From Negaprion brevirostris (lineage: Eukaryota): 64,000 nucleotides of DNA. The notes beneath the pieces are model-generated. The model had not been told where the DNA came from. It searched no databases and worked only from the letters and a program-made list of their open reading frames with translations. Below are positions 12,024 to 24,229 of this stretch, in pieces; positions within the stretch are counted from its first letter, which is position 1; each line of letters begins with the position of its first letter. The stretch is from contig JARDVH010000130.1 in the NCBI GenBank assembly GCA_030324005.1, positions 34,631,341-34,695,340 on the forward strand, given 5' to 3'. A program made the translations under genes and the position numbers.

Positions 12024-14392
12024 CAAGCAGATGATATTGGAATTGCACAAAGTAGGTTAACCTGAAAATATGTAGAGTAGTGCCCAGGTTTGAACACAAG
12101 TTCTGCCACATATTCACCATTCCCCTTAAAGCAGCACAACACAATGGGAACTTCTCATTTAAGTTAATACACAGTCAGTGTTTACCTCTGGGATTTAGAA
12201 AGCAGGGATTTCAGCTTCTCTAAAGATGTGTCCGCAAATTCAGAGAAAGCAAATAACTTCTATGAAACGTACAGGGACACAGCAGGAGGTGAGGGTGCCT
12301 CTAATCTTCCCAGAGGGGTTAGAAAGAACAAGGGGCAGAACTTTTCTCTGTGTCTAAGTCTTGGTCCTGTCGAGTCAACTGAATCTCTGTGACACAATCT
12401 GATTATGTCTCATCTCTCTGGAAGAGAACTTCTGAAATTAGGTCAATAATGTTTTCCACCCAGGTTTTGGAGATGTGTTTTCTGCATTGGTTCACCCACA
12501 TCCCGTGCTGAAATGGGACTTGAATACAGTATAATTAATACAAAGAAAAGTACAGCACAGGAAAGGCCCTTTGGCCTTCTAAGCCCATGTGAGGCAGAGA
12601 GTGGGGGTCAACGGGTGCTATTCGGATTGGCGGTTGGTGACTAGTGGAGTGCCCCAGGGGTCGGTGCTGGGGCCTCAGCTATTTACCATNNNNNNNNNNN
12701 NNNNNNNNNNNNNNNNNNNNNNNNNNNNNNNNNNNNNNNNNNNNNNNNNNNNNNNNNNNNNNNNNNNNNNNNNNNNNNNNNNNNNNNNNNNNNNNNNNNN
12801 NNNNNNNNNNNNNNNNNNNNNNNNNNNNNNNNNNNNNNNNNNNNNNNNNNNNNNNNNNNNNNNNNNNNNNNNNNNNNNNNNNNNNNNNNNNNNNNNNNNN
12901 NNNNNNNNNNNNNNNNNNNNNNNNNNNNNNNNNNNNNNNNNNNNNNNNNNNNNNNNNNNNNNNNNNNNNNNNNNNNNNNNNNNNNNNNNNNNNNNNNNNN
13001 NNNNNNNNNNNNNNNNNNNNNNNNNNNNNNNNNNNNNNNNNNNNNNNNNNNNNNNNNNNNNNNNNNNNNNNNNNNNNNNNNNNNNNNNNNNNNNNNNNNN
13101 NNNNNNNNNNNNNNNNNNNNNNNNNNNNNNNNNNNNNNNNNNNNNNNNNNNNNNNNNNNNNNNNNNNNNNNNNNNNNNNNNNNNNNNNNNNNNNNNNNNN
13201 NNNNNNNNNNNNNNNNNNNNNNNNNNNNNNNNNNNNNNNNNNNNNNNNNNNNNNNNNNNNNNNNNNNNNNNNNCAGCCATGATCTTACTGAATGGCGGGG
13301 CAGGCTTGAGGGGCTACATGGCCTACTCCTGCTCCTATTTCTTATGTTCTTATGTTCTTATTACATCGATCATGATAGCCTAACGACAAAAAAAACTTCT
13401 GGTCCTACCCAGTCTGTATCCTTCTATTCTCTCCCTATTCATGCACCCATCCCAGTGCCTACAGTTAGTGACAGTGATGTAGGCAAGATGAGTAAAGGAT
13501 CACCACCAATGTGTAATCACATAAATGCTGCTCATTAAAAAATATTATCCGGAATAGACAATTAAATTAAACTTCTCTCGTCACCTTGCTTGACAAGATG
13601 GAGCAGAGCCACCAAACTGTAAAGGGTAGCTGAAAAAACAATATGATAACATAATGAGGATAGATTCAAAGACCTGTGCATCTCAGTGTACACGGGAGGT
13701 GGTCGTCCAGTAAAACCTCTTAATTCATGTTTTGTGATTAACATCTATTTAAATTGAAACCTTCTTGGACTTCTTCAGCAAAACTTCTAAAGTAAGTAAA
13801 CAAGGTGATGGGAGAACTACAATTTAATTGTCTTATAGAATTTTTTTAACAAGCAGCATTTATGTGGTTACGCATCAGTGGTGATTTTGTACGCTCATTT
13901 GCCCACCTCAGTGAAACTGCAACATTAACGATGATACTGAAGAAAATTCAAGTCCAGTTTTCTGCAGGGGGTGTGGCTGAACCACTGCAGAAAACACATC
14001 TCCAAAACCTAGTGGGCAACATTATTGACCTAATTGTGTCACAGAGGTTCAGTTAGCTAAGCAGGACCAAGATTTTTTTAGACTCAGATAAATTTTCCGC
14101 ATCTTGTTCTTTCTAACTACTCTGGGGGAGTAAGTTTTAAAAGTGAGAGGCACTTTCATCTCCTCCTGTCCTTGCGTTTCATAAGAATGATTTGTTTTCT
14201 CGGAATCCTTACAAAAACTGAAATCTCCACTTTTTAATTCCCAGGTGAACACTGACTATACTAACTCAAATGAAAAGCTCTTATTGCCTTGTGCTGTTTT
14301 AAGGTCAGGGAATAGTGAATATAGGCGGGACTCCTGTTCAAACCCAGGCACTACTACTCATCATTTCATGCAATTCCAACATCTTCTGCTTG
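12024..14392. repeat. Long diverged inverted repeat (left arm 12024-12532 plus 13475-13588, right arm 13801-14392)
   Basis: Colinear reverse-complement matches along the whole length, e.g. aattaggtcaataatgtt..ggttttggagatgtgttttctgca vs tgcagaaaacacatctccaaaacc..aacattattgacctaatt, and cacataaatgctgct vs agcagcatttatgtg. Confidence 0.92.
12540..13460. mobile_element. Minus-strand CR1 3' tail containing a younger plus-strand CR1 (12587-13358, mostly gap)
   Basis: RQRVGVNGCYSDWRLVTSGVPQGSVLGPQLFT, then the tail ggcctactcctgctcctatttcttatgttcttatgttctta. Flanked by two halves of a minus-strand tail. Confidence 0.85.
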
Positions 14393-15719
14393 CATTTCGA
14401 ACTTGTGTTTTGTTTTTAATCCTTACAGTTTTGCAGTGGGCTTTTCAGGATTGCAACAATGAATAGAAAAGTTTATTTCTCAAAGTTTGAAATAGGAGAA
14501 GGGGTGGGAAGGAAGTGTAAAGATTCTGTTAACCTAACAAAATTCCAACTGGGAAAAGCAGCAGATTCTTTTTGTTAAAGGAAGGGCACTGGGGGGCAAA
14601 TCTGTATTAATCTGTTGCTTTTATTCTATATACCTACCAGTCAGTCCTGCAGGGTGTCTGAGGCTGGGCACCCAGGCCAGGCCTGGCAACTGATCACTTT
14701 CCAGTCCTCACTTGCCCACCCTTTGCTGCCCTTCAGTTTGTGCAACTGAACAGCATAATCATAGTAAAAGTAAGTAAATATGACATTTATGGGCAATTAA
14801 GTTGGCTGAAATAAAGCAGGCATGCCAGAGAATTATTTGCCTCATCGAATTGTGCCATGTTATTGAAAAGGTTGGGGACCACGGGTGTAAAGAACCAAAC
14901 CTAACAAACAAAATGGAAATCTTTCGATCTGTTATTGGCATAAGACAATCGGATTCTGTAAGTAGAAAGAATTAACCCTGACCATCTGCATTCATCAGCA
15001 ACAAGGTCTCTGCATTGGACAGTGGTTTTAACATTCTACCTGAAAGAAGTCCTCCAACTTGTCTTTCCCTTGGTGCTGCATTGCAATTCACACTACATTA
15101 AATGTTCAAATACTAGAGTGAAATCCAAATTTCTGACTCAGAGACACAAATACTATCAACTGAACCAAGTGACAACAGCTGCATGAAACCAGGGCACGTA
15201 ACACTGCATGGCTCTATCTTGCCTTACAGGGCACAATTTATGCACATTCTCCATATTCCAAATAGCCATTGGTAATTAAAAATCTCAGCACATTGACTTA
15301 TTGAATACTCTATTGTGTTTCGGAATGTCTTAAACCATTTGTTCGCTTCATACGATCTTTGTTTTTCCATTGCACCTCTCTAATAGTCATGAACAGGCCA
15401 GTTACTGATAAGTAACCTAAGTTTAGCTATCAAGCTGAATTATACCTATAATTAATTCTGTATAAGCAGATCACAATTGGATTCTTATGGAAACATCAGA
15501 AACATGCCCCCAGCTCTCCCAATTGTTTGACAGAAAAAAACCATGTCTGGGTTACAATTTCATATGTATATATGGGGTCACCNNNNNNNNNNNNNNNNNN
15601 NNNNNNNNNNNNNNNNNNNNNNNNNNNNNNNNNNNNNNNNNNNNNNNNNNNNNNNNNNNNNNNNNNNNNNNNNNNNNNNNNNTATGTATATATGGGGTCA
15701 CCCATTCAAGACAGAGATG

Positions 15720-15960
15720 AGGAGGAATGTTTTGCTCTCAAATAACTGTCAGACTTTGGAAATCTCTTCCACTGAGAAGAATGGTGGTTATGTTGCTTAA
15801 TATATTTGAGACTGAATTAGCCAGGTTTTTTGACTGGAGCCAAGGTATAAAAGGTCTGGTGGAATTAAGGTCACAATCAGGCCAGCCATGATCTCACTGA
15901 ATGATGGAGCAGAGGATTTGGGGGGCACATTGCCTACTCTTATTTCTAATGATCTTACAA
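15720..15960 (+). mobile_element. CR1 3' tail fragment
   Basis: gagatgaggaggaat...cagccatgatctcactgaatgatggagcag tail. Confidence 0.7.
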
Positions 15961-16574
15961 TCCCTTGCTTAACACTGTTTTCAACAACCGTACTGCCCAA
16001 TGCCACCATGCTCAGCACACCCTCAGCACCTCTCTGTCCTTCAAGTCTCTGATTCCAACAATAGAAAATTACCAGCAATGGAGGTTATGACTCAGAAGGG
16101 AAAAGATTACTGAAATTATTCACCAGCATTTTTATTTAAAGAAGTGCTTTTAAGTTTTGTAAGCCACAGTAAGGTGTTTGATTATAGTTCCCAGTTTCGT
16201 AATGAAGACCAATGTGTTACAACACAGACATGTCAGCAAAACTATCAATTCAATGTAAATAAATTAAAGGGGCAAGTGTTTAATTTTAGTCATCCTTAAA
16301 AACAGCCGAATTCAAACAAAGGCAATGAATTTTATTTTTGTGTGGTTTATACTCCAGCAGGTTAACGTTAGAAAAAGAATTAATGCAACTGATGATGGTC
16401 TGAATTTAAGTAAATGGGTGGAAAGGTGTTGGGAAACAAGCAAAAATATATAGCATTCAAGCTAAGTAGATAAGAAAGGATGCAGAGTGCTCAGGTGAGG
16501 TGAGAAATGGAGAAGGGTCCACAAGTAACATGAGGAATAGAGGAAGGAGAGCATGTGAGTGAGGCAAGGAAAGG

Positions 16575-16898
16575 AATCATAGAATCATACACTGCAGAAG
16601 GTGGCCATTCGGCCCATCAAGTCTGCACTGACTACAATCCCACCCAACCCCTACCCAATAACCCCATGCATTTATCCTAGCTAGTCCCCCTGACTCGAGG
16701 GTCAATTTAACATGGCCAATCCACTTAACCTGCACTTCTTTGGGGTGTGGGAGGAAACCGGAGCACCCAGAGGAAACCCACGCAGACACGGCAAGAAAGT
16801 GCAAACTCCACACAGACAGCGATCCAAGCCGGGAATTGAACCCGGCTCCCTGCTGCTGTGAGGCAGCAGTGTTAACCACTGTGCCACCGTGCTGCCCC
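16575..16898 (-). mobile_element. HE1-type V-SINE
   Basis: Well-preserved reverse complement of head, V domain and tail. Confidence 0.92.
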
Positions 16899-17549
16899 AA
16901 AATGCACACAAGCAAGGAGGGAGAGGGAAAGTGCTGAGTGCACTTGAAGAATGCAGGAATGTAGGGAAGGAGAATGCAGAGCACCTTATTAAAGGCAAAT
17001 AAAAATGGGCAATAAGCATGACTTGCTTCACTGGCAATCACTACTTCATTACCAAATACTAAATTGCTTAGTCACCAATTCCACCTATATGGTTCTCAAA
17101 AACGATCCTTAGATTTGTCTCAGAGTGAACGGAAATCCAGAGGGATCATGCCAGAGCCCCACATCTCCTGGTCACAGACACAAAGGGTCAAACAACTGCC
17201 TTTGTGCTGTTAACTTCTGCAGTTTAATTTTGGAGCGTTTGAAGTGTTGACTTTTAGGCACCTTTCCTCCTCCATAAGGAGGCAAGTAACTTCAAGCACA
17301 CATATTGCAGGATTATTAATCTTCAGTCATTCATACTTAAGTTTTAGAAAATCCTCAAGAACTAACATCTGCTAGCAGATACTTCAGGGAGTACATTTTT
17401 CAACTTCAACGCTGCACACCCAGGTTCAACACTTGAGACACATTAATTTACATATTTATGAGGATTAATTAGCAGTTATAAGCTTACGTTTCAATTTTGT
17501 GGTGTGTTTCTGGGGATATGTATTTGGTGAAACTGTACAAGGTAAACAC

Positions 17550-17733
17550 TGGAATAAAAACAGGAAATGCTGGAAATATTAAAGTCTGGCTGCATCTCTG
17601 CCAGAACTGAACCAGTTCTGATGAATGGTCACTGACTTGAAAAATTAACTTAGTTTCTCTCTCAACAGATACTGCCTGACCCGCTGAATCTTCCTTTTAA
17701 TTTTATTTCACATGTTCAGCATCTGCAGTATTT
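17550..17733 (+). mobile_element. Penelope-LTR-derived fold-back element with hammerhead-like core
   Basis: Inverted arms around CTGATGA(17618-17624)-atggtcactgactt-GAAA. Confidence 0.65.
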
Positions 17734-17982
17734 AAAGGAATACTTTCCAACAATTTGACACCTTAAATAATAGCCTCATGGTGGCAAGATCGAACAACCT
17801 CTTATCTTGGTGNNNNNNNNNNNNNNNNNNNNNNNNNNNNNNNNNNNNNNNNNNNNNNNNNNNNNNTCAGCCATGATCTTATTGAATGGCGGGGCAGGCT
17901 CGAAGGGCTAGATGGCCTACTCCTGCTCCTATTTCTTACGTTGTTATGTTATGTTCTTAAGCACTACATCTTTCAGACTGAG

Positions 17983-18127
17983 AGAGGAAACCTGAGCACC
18001 TAGAGGAAACTCATGCAGACACGGGGAGAACATGCAGTATTCTGCACAGTGACCGAAGCCGGGGCTTGAACTTGGGTCCCTGGTGCTGTGCGGTAGCAGT
18101 GCTAACCACTGTGCCACCATGCTGCCC
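17983..18127 (-). mobile_element. V-SINE 5' part
   Basis: Reverse complement of tRNA head and V domain. Confidence 0.85.
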
Positions 18128-18415
18128 TTTAGTCACTTGCTGCTACTATGGAAAATTAAAAAATTGCTAATGAACTGAATCTTTTAATTTGATTACACGG
18201 TATAGGAAGAACACCAACTTGTCAATGGTATTTGGGAGCTACTCCAGACTGGCCACAGAATAAACTCAAAAGGCAATGAAACTGGCTCAAGACAGCTCAA
18301 TGCAATTCCATTTCAAATAAATGCCCTAGAATATAGAAATTGCACTCGAGTGAAAACAAAGATGCTAAAAGAAAGTATGGAAATAACTTAAACTTCCAGC
18401 ATTAGTTCAGACTAG

Positions 18416-18703
18416 ATGGCACAGTGATTAACACTGCTGCCTCACCGCCAGGGACCCAGGCTCGGTTCTGGCGTTGGGTGAGTATGTGGAGTTTCTACAT
18501 TCTTTGTATCTAGGTGGGTTTCCTCCTGATGCTCTGAATTCCTTCCACTGTCCACAGATGCGCAGGTTAGGTGGATTAGCCATGGTAAATGCACAGGGAT
18601 TAGGGGCGGAGATGGATGTGGTGTAAAATGATCTTTCAGAGAGTTGGTGCAGATTCGATGGGCCAAATAGCCTCCTTCTACAATGTAGATATTCTATGGT
18701 TCT
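18416..18703 (+). mobile_element. HE1-type V-SINE
   Basis: Head tggcacagtgattaacactgctgcctca, V domain, tail ttctatggttcta. Confidence 0.85.
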
Positions 18704-19649
18704 AGGGTGAAGAATGTGCAGCTGCATGAGACCAGAATGGAAAAGGTAGAAAAATGTTCCACTCCCCTACACTGTGGTGAGCACAGGATTCATGACTGTC
18801 ATTTCTTATTTTAATAGAAAACAAATATTTCCACACAAATATGAATCATGTATTTGTAAAGACTCCCAACAATCAAACTATGGTACTGCAAACTGTGTGC
18901 AAAAACACTAATTTTTTTCTTGAATATTTTCATGCTTCAATTATGATCCAAATATTTATTGCTGGCACCGGCGCAGGGGAATTATATAAAACAAAAATAG
19001 ATGTCACTCAGTTAAAATCAAGTGTTTCCAGACACAGGAATTCCCATTGTTTCATGCTGAGCTACAGTACTCAAAGATGATTCACTGCCCAGTCTTTGTA
19101 GATGTGCAATAGTGTTTGTATCCTTTGTGAATGTTCATCAGCACTGCTGCCAAGATAAATGCCTTCAAGAATGAAGTTAATGCTTGGACAGATTGTACCA
19201 GCATGAGAGGTTTTGAGAAATCCATGCCCCAAGCCACCTAACCTCCAATATTTCTTACGTAGCAGCAAATCAGTATCAGTTGTGATCATCACCTGCAATC
19301 TACAGCAACTCTCGCTTCTTAGATATCCAGAACACAAATAGGAAAATTCACAGCAATGTGAATCTAATCATGGTAACAGCGGAATGCAGAATAAGGCAGA
19401 GAGGAGTTCTTTAAAGATAGATTTATTAATCCAGTTCAGGTGCTCTGCAATATTTTGTCTGGTATTTTAGAATCTCATTTAATTAGTACAAGCTTTTATT
19501 TCAGAAGGAAAAAACACAAAAAGATCAATTATGCATTCTGGACATGGGGTGGGCAGTTGAAGAAATAGAAGGAGGTCACTTTGATCTTTCATTCTCTCTC
19601 CACAAACTATTCTGTAATTCCTATTAAATTATCCTGTAATCCATTCAAG

Positions 19650-19900
19650 ACATAAGCAGAAGTAGACCATTCAACCCATCAGGTCTGTTCCGACATTCAA
19701 CGAGATCATGACTGATCTGATGATAGTACTCAACTTCATTTTCCTAACTATCACTATAATCCTCAGTTATTGATTAAAATTCTATCTCAGCCTTGAACAT
19801 AACTAGAAACCCAGCTTCTGCAGTCTGCTGTGATAAAGGATCTCAAAGTTTCGCTGCCCTCAGAGAATAAATTCCTCATCTCTCTTAAATGGGCGATAAA
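19650..19900 (-). mobile_element. CR1 3' tail fragment
   Basis: agcagaagtagaccattcaaccc...gagatcatgactgatctg. Confidence 0.7.
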
Positions 19901-20645
19901 TTTGACTTGTTTCATTGGAAGCCACATTGGTTAACTAATCCAGACAAAATATTTGCTTTTCTACCTTATATTAAGTGAAACTAAACAAATGTTTGAGACA
20001 GAGAACAAACTGGCTTCTCTTGATAAGAAACTGGACTAATCCAATCTGTTAAAAAGAAAATTTATATGTGCTTCCTCCTAACAATAGTTCTTCAGTGAAT
20101 CTGTGGAACAAGACATATAAAAATTATAAAATCGGGGCTAGATCAGACCGAGGTAAATGCAAAATTAATTTGACAAACGGGATTGTTTGTAAGCTGAGAA
20201 AATAAATGAAATAAGAGTGAACAGGATGGCACATCGAGACTTGATGTGCAAGGTTGAGGCCTACACTGATCCAAACTCCAGCACATTACCTCAAACTTTC
20301 AAACGATTCTGCTTGTTGCAACCACACATATTTTTCCATTTGCTCAGGAAAACAACAAATAACTGCATTCAAACATGAAGTGGCCAGATATACCTTAGTT
20401 TCCTTCTTGTCNNNNNNNNNNTTGTCTTGCAGAACACGATTTTCAAAGCAGTAACACATAGATTTCTGTCCTATTACTGAGCAGTCTTTGTACACCAGTC
20501 AACTAAACACGAATTTTGCAGGACCAACCCTAATTTTGTAATGTTTCAGATGTAGTTGCTATCTACTATGTATAACATGATTGCACCGGTTTATGTAAGG
20601 AGGGAAAAGACATCCAAAAGCAAGGCATAATATTTACTCTTTTAT

Positions 20646-20837
20646 TACAGTAAGAAGTCTAAGAACACCAAGTTAAAGTCTAACAGATTAATTTAGGATC
20701 ACGAGCTTTTGGAATGCTGCTCCTTCATCAGGTGTGTCTGAAAGCTCATGATACCAAATAAACCTGTTGGACTTCAACCTGTTGTTCTGAGACTTCTTAC
20801 TGTAGCCACCCCAATCTAATGCTGGTATCTCCACATC
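20646..20837. mobile_element. Inverted Penelope-LTR pair forming a hairpin
   Basis: ~65-bp arms (20646-20710 and 20740-20804). Sequence is homologous to the 3' end of the Penelope at 30090-30220. Confidence 0.8.
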
Positions 20838-22084
20838 TTTTACTATAGCCATACAATATCCTTCAGTTGGTCATAATTAAGACACAGACATGCTGGCTGG
20901 ACTGCTGCCAAAAGGTCACTATGATGAAAGGGAAGCATGTAAACTCACTAATTGTGACTGATACGCCATTTGAAGAACAGCCAAAACCAAAGGGAGGAAT
21001 GAACACATCCACTGCAAGTGCTTTAACTCAACCCAGGGGAAAAATACACCATGAATGATAAAGCAAAATTCTCATTTAAAAATAAATCTCCTGCTGTTAA
21101 ATCCACTGCCCCTCTCTCTCGACTGCTGCTCATAATGTCCAAAAATATTGACACTACAACCTGAATGCTTTTCCAAGTTTTGGGTATTGCTCCAGCAGGC
21201 CTGGACATGACACATCCCCAGAATAGCAGCAACACTGAAGGATACATAATGGTTTCAGGTGTTGTCAATTCACTTTCCACACAAAACTATTTATGTTGTT
21301 CACCACCCATCCACCCCACCCCTTACTAAGTCCTTGTATAGCGTCTAACACTAGACTATTACTCATAGAGATTTAACTGTTACAGGACGTGTCAGACTGT
21401 CTGCNNNNNNNNNNCCCAGTTGAAGTTTTCATTTTCGTTTTTATAGAACTATTTCATGCTTCTGTGCAACACATTCCAAATAAATAATCAAGATACCAAC
21501 TGGAGAATAGAAGGTATTCCAAAATCCTGAACGTCAGATACACTTATTCATTCTGTTCCACAAAAGCACGTATTCAGCTTGATCAGAATCAATTTTATTC
21601 GTGGACAATTAAAAGTGTTATTTATGATCTAATCTACAGCTCCAGTCTACAATTCTTCTCATTTACAAGTTTTTTTAAAACTCAGATGGAAATTGCATTC
21701 ATCTGCTAAAAGCAATGTAAATAGGTTTTACAGGCACTTTGACAATGCAACAGGATTTAGTCACAATCATCTTTTAGTTTGTTTTTGACATAGATTAACA
21801 CAGCCTGCTCACAGGAAAATAATCTTTCTGAACACTTGAGCCATCATAAGGCAAGTGTTTGTTTGTACAATTCTGATCTCCTCATTGACATAAACCTTTG
21901 GTACAAAAACGTTTTATAGGTTTGACTGCCTTGCTTGACATGGGGATTAGGGGGCTGATGCAGGGAGAAGGGGGTGTCACTGATTAAAAATATTCAGAAG
22001 GCAGAAACACACCACAAACTATACAACACTCCAATTTATAAAGCATCTTTTGTTTTTGGCAATGGACAGCAAAAAGAATACAAA

Positions 22085-23452
22085 CAAACAATGGTAATTA
22101 CAGACCAGTGAGCCTTACTTCTGTTGTGGGCAAGGTTTTGGAAAGGATTATAAGAGTTAGGATTTATAATCATCTAGAAAGGTATAATTTGATTAGGGAT
22201 AGTCAACACGGTTTTGTGAAGGGTAGGTTGTGCCTCACAAACCTGAGTTCTTTGAGAAGATGACCAAAGAAGTGGATGAGGGTGAAACAGTTAATGTGGT
22301 GTATACAGATTTTAATAAAGCGTTTGATAAGGTTCCCCACAGTAAGCTATTGCAGAAGATACAGAGGCATGGGATTGAGGGTGATTTAGCAGTTTGGATC
22401 AGAAATTGGCTAGCTGCAAGAAGGCAGAAGGGTGGTGATTGATGTAAAATATTCATTCTGGAGTTCATGTACTAGTGAAGTACCGCAAGGATCTGTTTTG
22501 GGCCACTGCTGTTTGTCATTTTTATAAATGAACTGGATGAGGGCGTAGAAGGGTTGGTTAGTAAATTTGCCGATGACACTAAAGTAGGTGGACAGCGTGG
22601 AAGGATGTTGCAGGTTACAGGGGGACATAGATAATCTGCAGAGCTGGGCTGAGAGGTGGCAAATGGAGTTTAATGTGGAAGAGTGAGAGGTGATTCACTT
22701 TGGAAGGAGTGACAGGAATACAGAGTACTGGGCTAATGGTAAGATACTTGATGATGTGGATAAGCAGAGAGGTCTCGGTGTCCATGTGTATAGATCCCTG
22801 AAAGTTGGCACCCAGGTTGATGGGGTTGTTAAGAAGGCAAACGGTGTGTTAGCTTTTATTGGTAGAGGGATTGAGCTTTGGAGCCATGAGGTCATGTTGC
22901 AGCTGTACAAAACTTTGGTGCAGCCGCAGTTGGAGTATTGCATACAGTTCTGGTCGCCGCATTATAGGAATGATGTGGAAGCGTTGGAAAGGGTGCGGAG
23001 GAGATTTACCAGGATGTTGCCTGGCATGGTGGGAAGGTCTTCTCAGGAAAGGCTGAGGGACTTAAAGCTGTTTTCGTTAGGAGAAGAAGGTTAAGAGGTG
23101 ATTTAATAGAGGCATACAAGATAATCAGTGGATTAGATAAGGTGGACAGTGAGAGCCTTTTTCCTCAGATGGTGATGGCTAGCACAAGGGTCCATAGCTT
23201 TAAATTGAGGGGTGATAGATATAGGACAGATGTCAGAAATAGGTTCTTTACTCAGAGAGTAGTAGGGCATGGAATGCCCTGCCTGCAACAGTAATGGACA
23301 CGTCAAGATTAAGGGCATTTAAATAGTTATTGGATAAACATATGGTTGATATTGGAATAATGTAGGTTAGATGGGGTTAGATTGGTTTCAAAGGTGGGCG
23401 CAACAACAAGGGCCAAAGGGCCTGTACTGCACTGTAACGTTCTATGTTCTAT
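22085..23452 (+). mobile_element. CR1 LINE RT domain to 3' tail, relatively young
   Basis: NYRPVSLTSVVGK, QHGFVKGR, VVYTDFNKAFDKVPH, VPQGSVLGP, SKFADDTK, LEYCIQFWSPHY, tail gttctatgttctat. Confidence 0.95.
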
Positions 23453-24229
23453 TTGCAGGGTTAATGTAAGCCTACTTGTGACACTAATAAATAAACTTTA
23501 AACTGTTACTTCATCACGTATCATTATATCAGCATCAGGTGCTCTTGAAGTTAACCCTCAACCATACATTTCCCCCAGGTTTATATTGTACCTATACATT
23601 CTCTTACATCGCTCCGCAAAATCTCAGACCTCACAGGGTAGCCTCTAGCTGTCTTGACCAAACTCCCTGATCTAGTTTTGATTTCTATCTAAGGTCGAGG
23701 ATATTCTGCACTCTCTCTGTTTGATATGAATGTCATTCTCCCAAGGGACTGCAAAGCTTTGTCTTGTTTCTAGTTACTTACCTCTGTCAAGATCTGAGGC
23801 AGGTCTGTTTTGGTTTTTTTTCCAAGGATGTGAAGGTGCTGAGGTTTCTCCTACTACCCTGGTCTGTCTCAATTCTATATGAGCTTAGTTTTGGTGGTCT
23901 CTCTGTTGTTTTGTCTTCTTTCTGTTGGTCTCATATCCATACTCTCTCTCTCCAGGCTGCAGCACTGAGAAGCCTTGTACTTGTACATAAAGTAGAAGTT
24001 ATGGGCTGCTTGTGTCCCTACATTTTATTAACTCTTTCACAGTCATTTATGGTGATATTTGGTTCTGGTTTCTGATACACAGCTGGAGCTGAGAGTAATG
24101 AGGTACAATTCAGTAACTTAGTATGTTTAAAGGAAGTGCCAGACAACAGCAAATGTGCCATCAGGAACACCAATTAAAGGAACCTAAAGGAAGATTGAAT
24201 TTCATCACTCATTTTCCTATTAACAATTC

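Noticed and set aside
12062-12124. Second exon-like piece (GNGEYVAELVFKPGHYSTYFQ) in ORF 11882-12142
   Set aside because: Weak donor (GTTAAC), only 61 nt from the previous candidate, no recognisable homology, and inside the inverted repeat arm.
12186-12259. Minus-strand 74-nt exon-like segment (cgtttcatAG...AG|GTAAAC) reading KLFAFSEFADTSLEKLKSLLSKSQR
   Set aside because: It is not SND1 sequence, would shift the frame, and lies within an arm of the inverted repeat whose mirror copy has indels. A poison exon cannot be excluded without RNA-seq.
12589-13383. Long ORFs containing X runs (also near 35338, 57824 and 60848)
   Set aside because: Artefacts of translating through N gaps.
19071-19337. 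88-aa minus-strand ORF with a possible acceptor
   Set aside because: No recognisable domain or match to SND1. Length is compatible with chance.
21023-21280. 85-aa ORF with hydrophobic, signal-peptide-like start
   Set aside because: Non-ATG start, no family motif and no supporting gene structure.
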